Assembly: GCA_043801965.1 (NCBI GenBank)
Contig: JAZDLN010000027.1
Span: 14,479 to 78,478, forward strand
Direction: 5' to 3'
DNA length: 64,000 nt
DNA from: Candidatus Falkowbacteria bacterium
GTDB taxonomy: Bacteria > Patescibacteriota > Patescibacteriia > Patescibacteriales > UBA12075
Of this stretch, positions 8,393 to 17,982 are shown piece by piece. Position numbers and translations under genes: made by a program. The notes beneath the pieces were generated by a model, which had not been told where the DNA came from, searched no databases, and was given only the letters and a program-made list of their open reading frames with translations. How positions within the stretch are numbered: the first letter of the stretch is position 1; every line of letters begins with the position of its first letter.

Positions 8393-9646
8393 ATGTTTAG
8401 TCACTACATCCAAAGCGTAAAAACCGCCCTAATCGCGCTCCTCTCTAACAAGGGCAGGAGTTTTTTGACAATGCTCGGGATTATTATCGGCGTCGGAGCC
8501 GTGATCGTTATTATGGCGGTCGGAGCAGGCGCGCAGAGCCTGATTCTTAACCAGGTAAAATCGCTGGGGACCAATCTTATCGGGATCATTCCCGGTTATT
8601 CGGAAGAAGACGGCCCGCCCGCTTCGGTCATGGGCATAGTAATCACAACCTTGACCTATGATGACGCTTTGGCGCTTAAGGAGAAAAAAAACGTTCCCAA
8701 TATAGAGGATGTAGTCGCGTATTATAAGGGCATAGGGACGCTCAATTGGAACTCAAACAGCTATGACACGAATCTGAACGGCTGTTCCTCCGGATACATA
8801 GCCGTTGAAGGCGGAGAGCTTGAATCCGGAAGGTTTTTTACGGAAGAGGAAAGCCGCAGTTTAGCCAAGGTTGTCGTTCTTGGCAGTACGGTCAAAGAAG
8901 AATTATTCGATGAATCCGAGGCGGTCGGCCAGCGGATAAAAATAAAAACCCACATGTTCGAGGTGATCGGAGTCATGGCTGAGCGGGGTACGGTCGCCAT
9001 GCAGGACTATGACGACCAGGTATTTATCCCGCTTAAGACCATGCAAAAAGTGATGTCGGGAGTAAACCATGTTTCCATGATCCGGGCGAAGATAGATCAC
9101 GAGGACAACACCGCCCGCGCGCTGGAGGATATGAAAATAACTTTGCGCGAAAGACATGAGATCAATGACCAGAGCGGCAAGAGCGATGATTTTACCGTCC
9201 GGAGCGCGGCTCAAGCGCTGGACATGATCACGACCGTCACTAACGCTTTGAAATATTTCCTGGCAGCCATGGCCGCCCTGTCGCTCCTGGTCGGCGGTAT
9301 CGGCATAATGAATATCATGCTTGTGGCGGTTACGGAACGGACCAGAGAGATCGGTCTCAGGAAGGCCGTCGGGGCGAAAACAGCCGATATTTTAAGTCAG
9401 TTTCTTTTTGAAGCGGTTACGGTCACTTCGATCGGTGGGCTTTTCGGTATCGTCGGCGGCACGCTGCTTTCTTATCTTATCGCCCTAGTGGCTAAATTTT
9501 TGGGGTATGATTGGGCCTTTGCGGTATCACTGTCATCAGTCATTCTGGCGGTTGGTGTATCGATGTTGGTGGGGCTCGTTTTCGGTCTGTATCCGGCGAG
9601 AAAAGCGAGCAGACTTGAACCGGTGGAGGCACTAAGGTATGAGTAA
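8393..9646 (+). CDS. MacB-type ABC transporter permease (FtsX/MacB_PCD family)
   Basis: N-terminal TM, large periplasmic domain and C-terminal FtsX-like 3-TM bundle (ERTREIGLRKAVGA...YPARKASRLEPVEALRYE). Confidence 0.9.
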   Translation: MFSHYIQSVKTALIALLSNKGRSFLTMLGIIIGVGAVIVIMAVGAGAQSLILNQVKSLGTNLIGIIPGYSEEDGPPASVMGIVITTLTYDDALALKEKKNVPNIEDVVAYYKGIGTLNWNSNSYDTNLNGCSSGYIAVEGGELESGRFFTEEESRSLAKVVVLGSTVKEELFDESEAVGQRIKIKTHMFEVIGVMAERGTVAMQDYDDQVFIPLKTMQKVMSGVNHVSMIRAKIDHEDNTARALEDMKITLRERHEINDQSGKSDDFTVRSAAQALDMITTVTNALKYFLAAMAALSLLVGGIGIMNIMLVAVTERTREIGLRKAVGAKTADILSQFLFEAVTVTSIGGLFGIVGGTLLSYLIALVAKFLGYDWAFAVSLSSVILAVGVSMLVGLVFGLYPARKASRLEPVEALRYE

Positions 9647-9652
9647 TAATAT

Positions 9653-10945
9653 TTGATGCATATAATTTCTCTGACAAAAACAGCCTTGAACGCCATGCGC
9701 GTGAATAAGGTCAGGACCAGCTTGACCGTTTTGGGCGTGGTGATCGGAATAGCGAGTGTTATCATAGTGTTTTCCGCTGGCGAAGGGATAAATAGACTGA
9801 TCATGGGCCAGATAGAGTCTTTCGGCGGTACGGACATGTTCGAGGTCGAAGTTAAGATCCCGAGCACGAAAAAAGGCGGGGCCAGCGAAACCCAAAGCGC
9901 TACGGCGATGGCCCAGGGCGTGCAGGTTACCACCCTTACTTTAGAGGACATGGAAGATATCATGAAACTTCCCAATGTAGCCGACGCCTATGGCGCCATA
10001 TTGAATCAGGAGCAGGTAAGTTATAATAATGAGATGAAGCAATCCATAATTTTCGGCGTAACGGAATCATTTATCCATCTCGATCGATCTGAAGTGGAAT
10101 TCGGCCGGTTTTTTACCGCAACCGAAGATAAGTCGCTCGCGCAGGTGGCTGTTCTGGGGTCGAAAATAACAGATAAATTATTCGGCGATTCCGATCCGAT
10201 CGGCAGGTCGGTTAAAATCGGAAAAACCAAATTCCGGATTATCGGCGTGATGGCGGAACGCGGGGCCATGATGGGTTTTGATTTTGACGATATCGTTTAT
10301 ATGCCGATCCGCACTCTGCAAAAGAAAGTCATGGGCATAAACCATATCCAGATGGCCATGTTTAAAGTCGACGATACGGACGAGATCGATGCTACCACCG
10401 AAGAAGCGCGTTATATTTTACGGGAAAACCATGACTTGCCTCATCCGGAAGGACCGCGCCAGGGATGGACCGACACCGGCCGAGACGATTTCCGGGTAAT
10501 AACAATGGTGGAATCCATGGAGATAATGTCTACCGTTACCGGGGCCATTACCCTGTTGCTATTGGCGATCGTGGCCATATCGTTGGTGGTCGGCGGCGTC
10601 GGTATCATGAATATAATGTATGTGGTCGTGACCGAAAGAACGGCCGAAATCGGCCTGCGTAAAGCCGTTGGTGCTAAATATTCGGATATTATGTGGCAAT
10701 TTCTGATCGAATCGATCACAATCACAATCGCCGGCGGCGTCATCGGTATCGCGGTCGGCGCCGCCATTTCCTATCTAATAGCCTATGGCGCTTCCGCCTA
10801 CGGTCTGGATTGGCATTTTGTCGTGCCGTTAAGAGGAATAATCACCGCTCTCGGGTTTGCCGCTTTCTTCGGCTTGGTTTTTGGTTTATATCCGGCGCGA
10901 AAAGCGGCTAGACTTACGCCAGTTGAAGCCTTGCGAGCGGAATAA
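9653..10945 (+). CDS. MacB-type ABC transporter permease (second paralog)
   Basis: Same architecture as the previous gene (ERTAEIGLRKAVGA...YPARKAARLTPVEALRAE). Confidence 0.9.
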   Translation: MMHIISLTKTALNAMRVNKVRTSLTVLGVVIGIASVIIVFSAGEGINRLIMGQIESFGGTDMFEVEVKIPSTKKGGASETQSATAMAQGVQVTTLTLEDMEDIMKLPNVADAYGAILNQEQVSYNNEMKQSIIFGVTESFIHLDRSEVEFGRFFTATEDKSLAQVAVLGSKITDKLFGDSDPIGRSVKIGKTKFRIIGVMAERGAMMGFDFDDIVYMPIRTLQKKVMGINHIQMAMFKVDDTDEIDATTEEARYILRENHDLPHPEGPRQGWTDTGRDDFRVITMVESMEIMSTVTGAITLLLLAIVAISLVVGGVGIMNIMYVVVTERTAEIGLRKAVGAKYSDIMWQFLIESITITIAGGVIGIAVGAAISYLIAYGASAYGLDWHFVVPLRGIITALGFAAFFGLVFGLYPARKAARLTPVEALRAE

Positions 10946-10965
10946 AGGATTGCCGATTGTCGATT

Positions 10966-11002
10966 AAATAAAAAAAGAACGGTGAATTTTTCACCGTTTT
11001 TA
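10966..11002. terminator. bidirectional rho-independent terminator between convergent genes
   Basis: A-run, aacggtga-atttt-tcaccgtt stem-loop, T-run. Confidence 0.75.
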
Positions 11003-11017
11003 GGTTGGTTTTTGTGG

Positions 11018-11248
11018 TTAACAAAGTTTCATAATTACATTTAAATCGACACTGGCGATAAGCGGCTCCTTCACGAGAACGTTGAGCCATTTAATTTCTT
11101 CTCCCGGGGGGACGCCGACCAAAAAGCCATGACATAAAGCATACTTTTCAAGAACAGTTAGTCCTTTGAATTTCAGTAGGTTCTCGGCGGCGGTTTCGCT
11201 GACACCATCTTTAAAGGCTACCAGTAATTCGCCCTTGGCATGGTCCAT
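11018..11248 (-). CDS. hypothetical protein
   Basis: 76-aa ORF with a divergent promoter region upstream. No family recognised. Confidence 0.5.
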   Translation of the reverse strand: MDHAKGELLVAFKDGVSETAAENLLKFKGLTVLEKYALCHGFLVGVPPGEEIKWLNVLVKEPLIASVDLNVIMKLC

Positions 11249-11311
11249 TATTTCCTCCTTCCCGTTTTTCTAGAATAAATATTAAAACAATATTATCACA
11301 ATATATTATTT

Positions 11312-11340
11312 TTGTCAATCAACGTGTTTTGTGGTATAAT
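11312..11340 (+). promoter_or_regulatory. sigma70-type promoter with extended -10
   Basis: TTGTCA, 17-nt spacer ending TGg, TATAAT. Confidence 0.65.
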
Positions 11341-11387
11341 TTGTTCATAAATATAAGTTAAATAATTCCAATTTAACAAAAACTTCA

Positions 11388-13337
11388 ATGTTCAAACTTT
11401 CCGGATCAAACCACGTAAATTTCGCCTCTATATTCAAAAAAGGTAAGAACATCTTAAACGAACTTCCGGCCGTAAAAAGACTGAATCGTTGGCAAAAAAT
11501 CAATAACTTTTTGAAATATTTAAGTATCGCGCTGATCTTGCTGTGCGCAATCGTTTTAATATTCTTTTCCGTCCATTTCGTCAATGTTAATTTAATATTA
11601 TCCCGGTATTTAACGGGCCATAAAAACGCCGTTAACGCGGCGTTGCTTTTGGGGAACGGTGATCACGAACAAGCTTTCCGGCTGGCTAAATTCGCGGCCA
11701 ATGATTTTAGCGAAAGCTTGGAAATAGCCGAGGAATATTCCGGTAGTTATCTTGTTAAAAAGACAAGATTTTTTTCCGGCCAACTAAACGATTTATTTTA
11801 TTTATTGGGCGCCGGAGAGCTTATGGCTCGGGCGATAGAGGGCGCGGCCGATTATCAGGCGATTTTGGGAGAGGCTCTGGGCGATCAAAAACTTTTCAGT
11901 ACGTCGGCTGTTATAGAGAGAACGGACATCCTTCAGCGTATCCATTCGTTCGAGCCCGACTTGAACGGCATCAGGGCCAATATCGATTTAGCCCTTTCTA
12001 AATTGGAAAAAATCGAATTTATCGGCGTTCTTTGGCTCATTAAGGATAAAACGGCCGACCTGGAAGTACGGCTGAAAGAGGTCCGGGATTATATTGACCG
12101 GGCCGCGCGGGTCTCCGGCACGATACCGCCGCTTCTTGGTTATCCGGAAGAAGCCAGATATCTTTTGGTTTTTGAGGACACCGGCGAGCTTTGGCCCACC
12201 GGAGGGCGGATGAAGAATTTCGGCGTATTAAGAATAAAGAACGGCGAAATTATAGATTTAAAGACTTATGGCGTTGAGGAGTTTAGCGCTTTGACAGATT
12301 CGCAAACCCCGGTTTCGGCGCCCGAATCTTTAAAACTCTACCGCCAGAACGGGCCCTGGACGATCAAGGACGCAAATTGGTCGCTTGATTGGCCTTCGGC
12401 CTCCGGCCAGATCATCGATTTTGTCGGAAATAATAAGTATTTGCGCGATCTTGGCTTTACTGGCGCGATAGCGGTTATGCCGCAGTTTTTATCGGACCTT
12501 CTGACCCTTAACGGCCCGATAAAAATAAATGATCGTGAATATGACGAAAGCGACATGGCGCTTCTGTTCAACCGGGAAAATAGTTACGATATCGGGCCGC
12601 TTGTCGTGTCACTGAGAAAGTCCATTGGAAACGGGTCTTTGGCCGGGATCAAGGAAGCTTATGACATTACCATTGAAAATCTGGAGAAAAAAAATATCCT
12701 GGTTAATTTTTTTAAAGAAGAGCTGGGGCGGGCGGTCGCGAGCAATAACTGGGACGGCGCGATCCAAAAAAACGCGTCTTCCGATTATTTGGCGGTAGTA
12801 GACACGAATTTGGGCGATGTCGGCGATCTAGTCATGAATCGCGGTATCGAATACCGGGTGGAAGAGAAAGAAAAAGGCCTTTATGCCGACTTATATTTAA
12901 ACTACGCGCATAACGGAAGCGAGGGGGAGTATGAAGGCTTAGTGCAGGTTTTTGTGCCCCTGGGAAGCCGATTTACGGAATTTACCGGTTTAGAGGACGG
13001 TACTGTCGTTACCCGCCAGGAAAGCAATTCCTGCGGTGGCGGTTTTGATAAAATGGTGCTGGCCGGTCTTTTTCGGGTTAAGCCGGGGGAGATAAAACAG
13101 GTGCATCTGTCTTATAAATTGCCCAGTTTTTTTAATTTGGAGCCGGGCGGCTATTATACCTTGCGGATACAAAAGCAACCGGGTAATCATACTAGACAAC
13201 TAACGGTTGACGTAAACCTGCTTAATAAGGTAAAATCATATAAACCAACGGGGTATGATAGTTATCGGGAAGGGGACGGCCGCATTAAGTGGCAAATGGA
13301 ATTTGATGCCGACAGGATATTCTTTGTCGGGTTATAA
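11388..13337 (+). CDS. DUF4012-like membrane-anchored envelope protein
   Basis: N-terminal TM plus a large extracytoplasmic domain. LLVFEDTGELWPTGGRMKNFGVLRIKNGEI resembles the DUF4012 signature (from memory). Confidence 0.72.
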   Translation: MFKLSGSNHVNFASIFKKGKNILNELPAVKRLNRWQKINNFLKYLSIALILLCAIVLIFFSVHFVNVNLILSRYLTGHKNAVNAALLLGNGDHEQAFRLAKFAANDFSESLEIAEEYSGSYLVKKTRFFSGQLNDLFYLLGAGELMARAIEGAADYQAILGEALGDQKLFSTSAVIERTDILQRIHSFEPDLNGIRANIDLALSKLEKIEFIGVLWLIKDKTADLEVRLKEVRDYIDRAARVSGTIPPLLGYPEEARYLLVFEDTGELWPTGGRMKNFGVLRIKNGEIIDLKTYGVEEFSALTDSQTPVSAPESLKLYRQNGPWTIKDANWSLDWPSASGQIIDFVGNNKYLRDLGFTGAIAVMPQFLSDLLTLNGPIKINDREYDESDMALLFNRENSYDIGPLVVSLRKSIGNGSLAGIKEAYDITIENLEKKNILVNFFKEELGRAVASNNWDGAIQKNASSDYLAVVDTNLGDVGDLVMNRGIEYRVEEKEKGLYADLYLNYAHNGSEGEYEGLVQVFVPLGSRFTEFTGLEDGTVVTRQESNSCGGGFDKMVLAGLFRVKPGEIKQVHLSYKLPSFFNLEPGGYYTLRIQKQPGNHTRQLTVDVNLLNKVKSYKPTGYDSYREGDGRIKWQMEFDADRIFFVGL

Positions 13338-13349
13338 TTACGCAATAAT

Positions 13350-14357
13350 ATGTTCATCAAGCGCATAGGAATCGATCTGGGAACAACCTATACTTTAGTG
13401 CATCTTCCGCGGCGTGGAATAGTTATTAACGAGCCAAGCGTGGTAGCGATATCAATGGCCGACAAGAAAATTCTGGCTGTCGGCAATGAGGCTAAGGACA
13501 TGCTGGGCCGGACGCCGGATTCGATCATCGCCATCAAACCGTTAAAAGATGGAGTGATAGCTGATTATCGGATCACGGAGGCGATGCTCAGGTATTTTAT
13601 CAATAAGGCCGTCGGCGGAGTACGTTTATTCCGACCGGAGGTAATGGTCGCCGTACCGGCCGGCATTTCTTCAACCGAACGGCGCGCAGTTATCGACGCC
13701 ACCATAGCTGCCGGGGCCAAGGCCGCTTATATCATCAAAGAACCGGTAGCGGCCGCGATCGGGGCCGATATTCCGATTGGTTCCGCGTCCGGCCACATGA
13801 TAATAGATATTGGCGGCGGTACGGCCGAAATGGCCGTAATATCTTTAGGTGGGATCGTATCCTCGACTTCGGTTCGGGTGGGCGGAAATAAATTTGATTC
13901 CGCCATCCTTGAATTTATCCGGCGGAAATACAACCTGGCTATCGGGGAGCGCACGTCCGAAGAAGTTAAAATAAATATCGGTTCAGCCCTTTTTCTGGAG
14001 AATAAACTGACCATGGAGATCCGCGGACGCGATATCCTGACCGGTCTTCCCCGGAGCATAACCGTTACGTCCAACGACGTTACCGAGGCCCTGCAGAACG
14101 AACTTGAAGCCATCATAAACGCGGCTAAAAGAGTCCTGCACGAAACCCCGCCTGAATTATCCGCCGATATCATGGATAAAGGCATTGTGCTTTCAGGGGG
14201 CAGTTCGCTACTTCGGAATATTGACCAGCTTCTTTCCCGTACCACCGGCGTACCGGTTTACGTGGCCGATGAAGCGCTTCTTTGCGTCGCCAAGGGAACG
14301 GGCATCGCGCTTGAGAATCTTGATAGCTACAAACGATCGATATTGGCGACTAAATGA
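13350..14357 (+). CDS. mreB: rod shape-determining actin homolog MreB
   Basis: GIDLGTTYTLV phosphate-1 motif, DIGGGTAEMAV, full-length MreB pattern. Confidence 0.93.
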   Translation: MFIKRIGIDLGTTYTLVHLPRRGIVINEPSVVAISMADKKILAVGNEAKDMLGRTPDSIIAIKPLKDGVIADYRITEAMLRYFINKAVGGVRLFRPEVMVAVPAGISSTERRAVIDATIAAGAKAAYIIKEPVAAAIGADIPIGSASGHMIIDIGGGTAEMAVISLGGIVSSTSVRVGGNKFDSAILEFIRRKYNLAIGERTSEEVKINIGSALFLENKLTMEIRGRDILTGLPRSITVTSNDVTEALQNELEAIINAAKRVLHETPPELSADIMDKGIVLSGGSSLLRNIDQLLSRTTGVPVYVADEALLCVAKGTGIALENLDSYKRSILATK

Positions 14358-14363
14358 ATTATC

Positions 14364-14449
14364 AATTAGGCATTAGGCTCTAGGGTGTTAGCTTAAGCAC
14401 TAAAACCCGATGCTAAAGCCTAGCTTCCTAACGCCTAAAGCCCTAAATT
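14364..14449. repeat. Imperfect hairpin built from TTAGGC / GCCTAA units
   Basis: Left arm ttaggc-a-ttaggc-t-ctagg-gt-gttagc. Right arm gctaa-ag-cctag...gcctaa-a-gccctaa. The element abuts the next ATG. Confidence 0.65.
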
Positions 14450-15733
14450 ATGATTATAGGCATAGACGCCAGTCGCGCCAATCGTGAGCACAAAAGCGGA
14501 GTTGAGTGGTACTCCTATTATTTGATCAGATGGTTGGCTAAGCTGGATAAAGACAACCAGTATATATTATACACGGACGCGCCGCTACGGGGAGGGTTGT
14601 TGGATTTACGTACCAAACAATATTATCCGGATCAAAACAGCGGCGAAGAGATTTACGACAGGAAGGGTTATCAGATCATAAAATCACCTTTTAATAACTT
14701 CAAGGCGAAAATTTTAAAATGGCCCTTTAAATATCTTTGGACCCAGGGCCGAATGTCCTTGGAGATGCTTTTTTGCCGGCCGGATATACTGTTCGTCCCG
14801 GCCCACACGCTGCCGGTCGTACATCCGAAAAAATCAATAGTTACCATTCATGACATCGGCTTTGAACGTGAGCGTCGCCTTTACCAAAAAGAAGAGATGG
14901 GCCCGGAAAGCACGCGGGCCCGTAAGTTGCTGAACATCTTCATAAAAATATTCACTCTGGGCAAATACCGGGCCGATACCATAGATTATTTCCGTTGGTC
15001 GACCGCATACGCGCTAAAAAAAGCTTTTAAGATTATTACCGTATCGAATTTTACCAAAAGAGAGCTAACCAGTTATTTTGGCGCTGATCCAGATAAGATC
15101 AGGGTTGTTTATAACGGATATAACAAGGAGGTGTATCGAAAGATCGATGATCAAGGGGGGATTCGGAACGTTTTAGAAAAATACGGCATCGAGAGGCCGT
15201 ATTTGCTTTATGTCGGGCGGATAGAAAAGAAAAAGAACATACCGACTTTGATCGAGGCATTTTCAATTTTAAGGGAAAATAAAGATATTAAACATAAATT
15301 GATATTGGTGGGCGACGCCAGTTACGGATATGACGAAACAAAATACATGATAAACGAATTTGATCTCACCAACGAAGTGATTATGCCGGGTTGGCTTCCT
15401 GAGCTTGATATGCCCTATCTTTATAACGGCGCCGATGCTTTTATTTTTCCCTCTGTTTATGAAGGTTTCGGCATACCGCCGCTCCAGGCCATAGCCTGCG
15501 GCATACCGGTAGCGGCCTCTAATTCATCCTCAATACCCGAAGTGGTGGGCAACGCGGCGCTTTTATTCAACCCTGATGATCCGGCTGATATAGCGGTCGT
15601 ATTGAAAAAAATAATAACCGATAAGAATATGAGGGGACTACTCCTCGCCGCGGGCGACGAACATATAAAAAATTTCAGCTGGGAAAAATGCGCCAGTGAA
15701 ACCCTAAAAGAAATTACTGACACGAACCCCTGA
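14450..15733 (+). CDS. glycosyltransferase family 4
   Basis: GT-B fold C-terminal motif (FIFPSVYEGFGIPPLQAIACGIPVAASNSSSIPEVVG). Confidence 0.85.
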   Translation: MIIGIDASRANREHKSGVEWYSYYLIRWLAKLDKDNQYILYTDAPLRGGLLDLRTKQYYPDQNSGEEIYDRKGYQIIKSPFNNFKAKILKWPFKYLWTQGRMSLEMLFCRPDILFVPAHTLPVVHPKKSIVTIHDIGFERERRLYQKEEMGPESTRARKLLNIFIKIFTLGKYRADTIDYFRWSTAYALKKAFKIITVSNFTKRELTSYFGADPDKIRVVYNGYNKEVYRKIDDQGGIRNVLEKYGIERPYLLYVGRIEKKKNIPTLIEAFSILRENKDIKHKLILVGDASYGYDETKYMINEFDLTNEVIMPGWLPELDMPYLYNGADAFIFPSVYEGFGIPPLQAIACGIPVAASNSSSIPEVVGNAALLFNPDDPADIAVVLKKIITDKNMRGLLLAAGDEHIKNFSWEKCASETLKEITDTNP

Positions 15734-15802
15734 TATATCGGCAGATTTAATCGGACTTAAGTGTTGTGCTTTTTCCCTGATTTATGTTATAATAATGATG
15801 TT

Positions 15803-17935
15803 ATGAGATTGATAATAACATCATTTTTATTTAGCGCGCGTTATTACGGCCTTATTTTTTTGTTTATTTTTCCGGCTATTGCCCTTGCTTCCGACGGTGG
15901 ATATGATACCGGATCAATCAGAAGAAAAGATGAGATCTTAGTAAAATACAGAGGTGATGACGAAATTTACGCGGTTAAGATAACCGTTGGGAGCGATCTG
16001 GACTCGATTTTGGAGAAATATAACCGCTATCCGTCGGTAGAATACGCGGAACCGAATTATCTTTATAATGCTTCAATCGTGCCCTCTGATTCCTATTACG
16101 CCAACCAATGGTATTTAAAGAAAATAAAAGCGCCGGAAGCATGGAATATTATTCGTGAAAGCCCGAAAGCCGTCATCGCCATAATAGATTCCGGCGTGCA
16201 GCTTAATCATCCCGATCTGGCTGATAATATTTGGAGCAATACCGGAGAAATCGCGGGCAATGGAATCGATGACGATCGGAACGGATTTATCGACGATATC
16301 CACGGATGGGATTTCGTCAACAACGTAGCTGATCCGGAGCCGAAATTCAACGATGGCTGGACGGAAGAAGGGGTGTCACACGGGACGATTGTGGCCGGAG
16401 TCGCGGCCGCTTCCGGCAATAACGCCACTGGAATCACCGGTGTTACATGGAGTATCGGGATAATGCCGCTTAAAGCATTGAATGATCGGGGAGAAGGGGA
16501 CACCAAGAACGTTATCAGGGCGATCGACTACGCGATAGCTAACGGCGCGGATATCATAAATTTCAGTTTTGCCGGTTCAGGCTTCAGCCGTAGCCTGGAA
16601 ACCGCTATTCGGCGCGCTCATAAAGCCGGTATAATCATGATAGCCGCGGCGGGCAATGAAGGCGGTCAGACGATAGCGTCGGAAATCGCCGCGGGCAAAA
16701 CGGGCGAAGGATATTTTTTAGACCAATCGCCGATGTACCCGGTTTGTCATGACGGTTCCGATAATATGGTTATTGGCGTAGCCGCCACCGACACGCTTGA
16801 TCAAAAAGCGAAATTTTCAGGTTACGGGTTTAAATGCGTTGATATTTCCGCTCCCGGAGTGAGTATATTCAGCACCACCTATTATTCGCCGGAGTATTCT
16901 TCGGGCGGCAGATCGTTCGATAAACATTATGACGGTTACTGGTCGGGCACCTCTATGGCCGTACCCATGGTCAGCGCGGCGGTTGCCCTCGTGGAAACAG
17001 CGAATCCGGCGCTATCTAAGGCCGAAGCGATTAATATCCTCCTAGACAGCAGTGATAACATCAACCGTTTAAATCCTGGATATCTGGGGCAATTGGGGAG
17101 AGGGCGACTTAACGTCAATGAAGCAGTCGCCAAAGCCCATGCGTTAAAAACCCGGCAGTTAAACAGGATCATAGCGGCTCCGCACGGGAATAGCAAGAGT
17201 TTTATAAAAATTTTCGGGCAAAACGGGCAGAAGGACGCCGAATTTACCGTTTATAACGAAGGTTTCCGCGGGGGAGTGAATATAGCCTCCGGAGACGTCG
17301 ACGGCGACGGACAAGACGAGATCATAACCGGCGCCGGAGCGGGCGGCGGGCCCCACGTAAAAATATTCGATTCAGACGGCAATCTTAAGGGGCAATTTTT
17401 CGCATACCGCGAAAGTTTCCGCGGGGGAGTGAATATAGCCTCCGGAGACGTCGACGGCGACGGACAAGACGAGATCATAACCGGCGCCGGAGCGGGCGGC
17501 GGGCCGCAAGTGCGGATTTTTCGGGCTCACGGTGAAATCGAGGGACAGTTCTTCGCCTATGACGAAAATTTCAGGGGAGGAGTCAGAGTGGCCACGATCG
17601 GCGCCGGTAACGGCACGAGAAGATCAAAAGAAGATATTATTACCGCTCCCGGAGCGGGCGGCGGGCCGCAAATCAAAGTATTTGATAATCACGCCAGGAT
17701 CCTGGCCCAATTTTTCGCCTATAATCAGAAATTCAAAGGCGGGGTCAGTATAGCGGCGATCGACATGAACATGGACGGTACTGACGACATAATAACCGGG
17801 GCTGGCGGCGGCGGGACGCCCCATATCCGCGTATTCAGTAAGCGGGGGATTATTCTGGGTTCTTTTTTTGGATTTGAAGAAGGTTTCAGCGATGGCGTCA
17901 ATGTCGGGACGGTAAGCATTAAAAACACGCATTGA
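15803..17935 (+). CDS. S8 (subtilisin-like) serine peptidase with C-terminal FG-GAP/VCBS-type repeats
   Basis: Triad contexts AIIDSGV / HGTIVAG / GTSMAVP, signal-anchor N-terminus, and 5-6 repeats of FRGGVN.A.GDVDGDGQDEIITGAGAGGGP. The ATG at 15803 is preferred over the GTG at 15761. Confidence 0.87.
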   Translation: MRLIITSFLFSARYYGLIFLFIFPAIALASDGGYDTGSIRRKDEILVKYRGDDEIYAVKITVGSDLDSILEKYNRYPSVEYAEPNYLYNASIVPSDSYYANQWYLKKIKAPEAWNIIRESPKAVIAIIDSGVQLNHPDLADNIWSNTGEIAGNGIDDDRNGFIDDIHGWDFVNNVADPEPKFNDGWTEEGVSHGTIVAGVAAASGNNATGITGVTWSIGIMPLKALNDRGEGDTKNVIRAIDYAIANGADIINFSFAGSGFSRSLETAIRRAHKAGIIMIAAAGNEGGQTIASEIAAGKTGEGYFLDQSPMYPVCHDGSDNMVIGVAATDTLDQKAKFSGYGFKCVDISAPGVSIFSTTYYSPEYSSGGRSFDKHYDGYWSGTSMAVPMVSAAVALVETANPALSKAEAINILLDSSDNINRLNPGYLGQLGRGRLNVNEAVAKAHALKTRQLNRIIAAPHGNSKSFIKIFGQNGQKDAEFTVYNEGFRGGVNIASGDVDGDGQDEIITGAGAGGGPHVKIFDSDGNLKGQFFAYRESFRGGVNIASGDVDGDGQDEIITGAGAGGGPQVRIFRAHGEIEGQFFAYDENFRGGVRVATIGAGNGTRRSKEDIITAPGAGGGPQIKVFDNHARILAQFFAYNQKFKGGVSIAAIDMNMDGTDDIITGAGGGGTPHIRVFSKRGIILGSFFGFEEGFSDGVNVGTVSIKNTH
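17262..17505 (+). repeat. Perfect 91-bp direct repeat (offset 153 bp) inside the FG-GAP region
   Basis: 17262-17352 is identical to 17415-17505 by base-by-base comparison. Confidence 0.9.
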
Positions 17936-17982
17936 ATTTTAAGGTTTATAATGAGATAAAATTTTTATCTATTTTGAAAAAT

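Noticed and set aside
9472-9975. 167-aa minus-strand ORF spanning the junction of the two MacB permease genes
   Set aside because: Antisense to two confidently called permease genes. No family resemblance.
15761-15802. GTG start at 15761 for the S8 peptidase, and the similar TTG/GTG extensions at 17932, 46423, 57685 and 61739
   Set aside because: The extensions add non-conserved residues and overlap promoter-like or upstream-gene sequence. Downstream ATGs give canonical N-termini (signal peptide, Rossmann start, MIRFQNV for FtsE). Start sites remain unverified.
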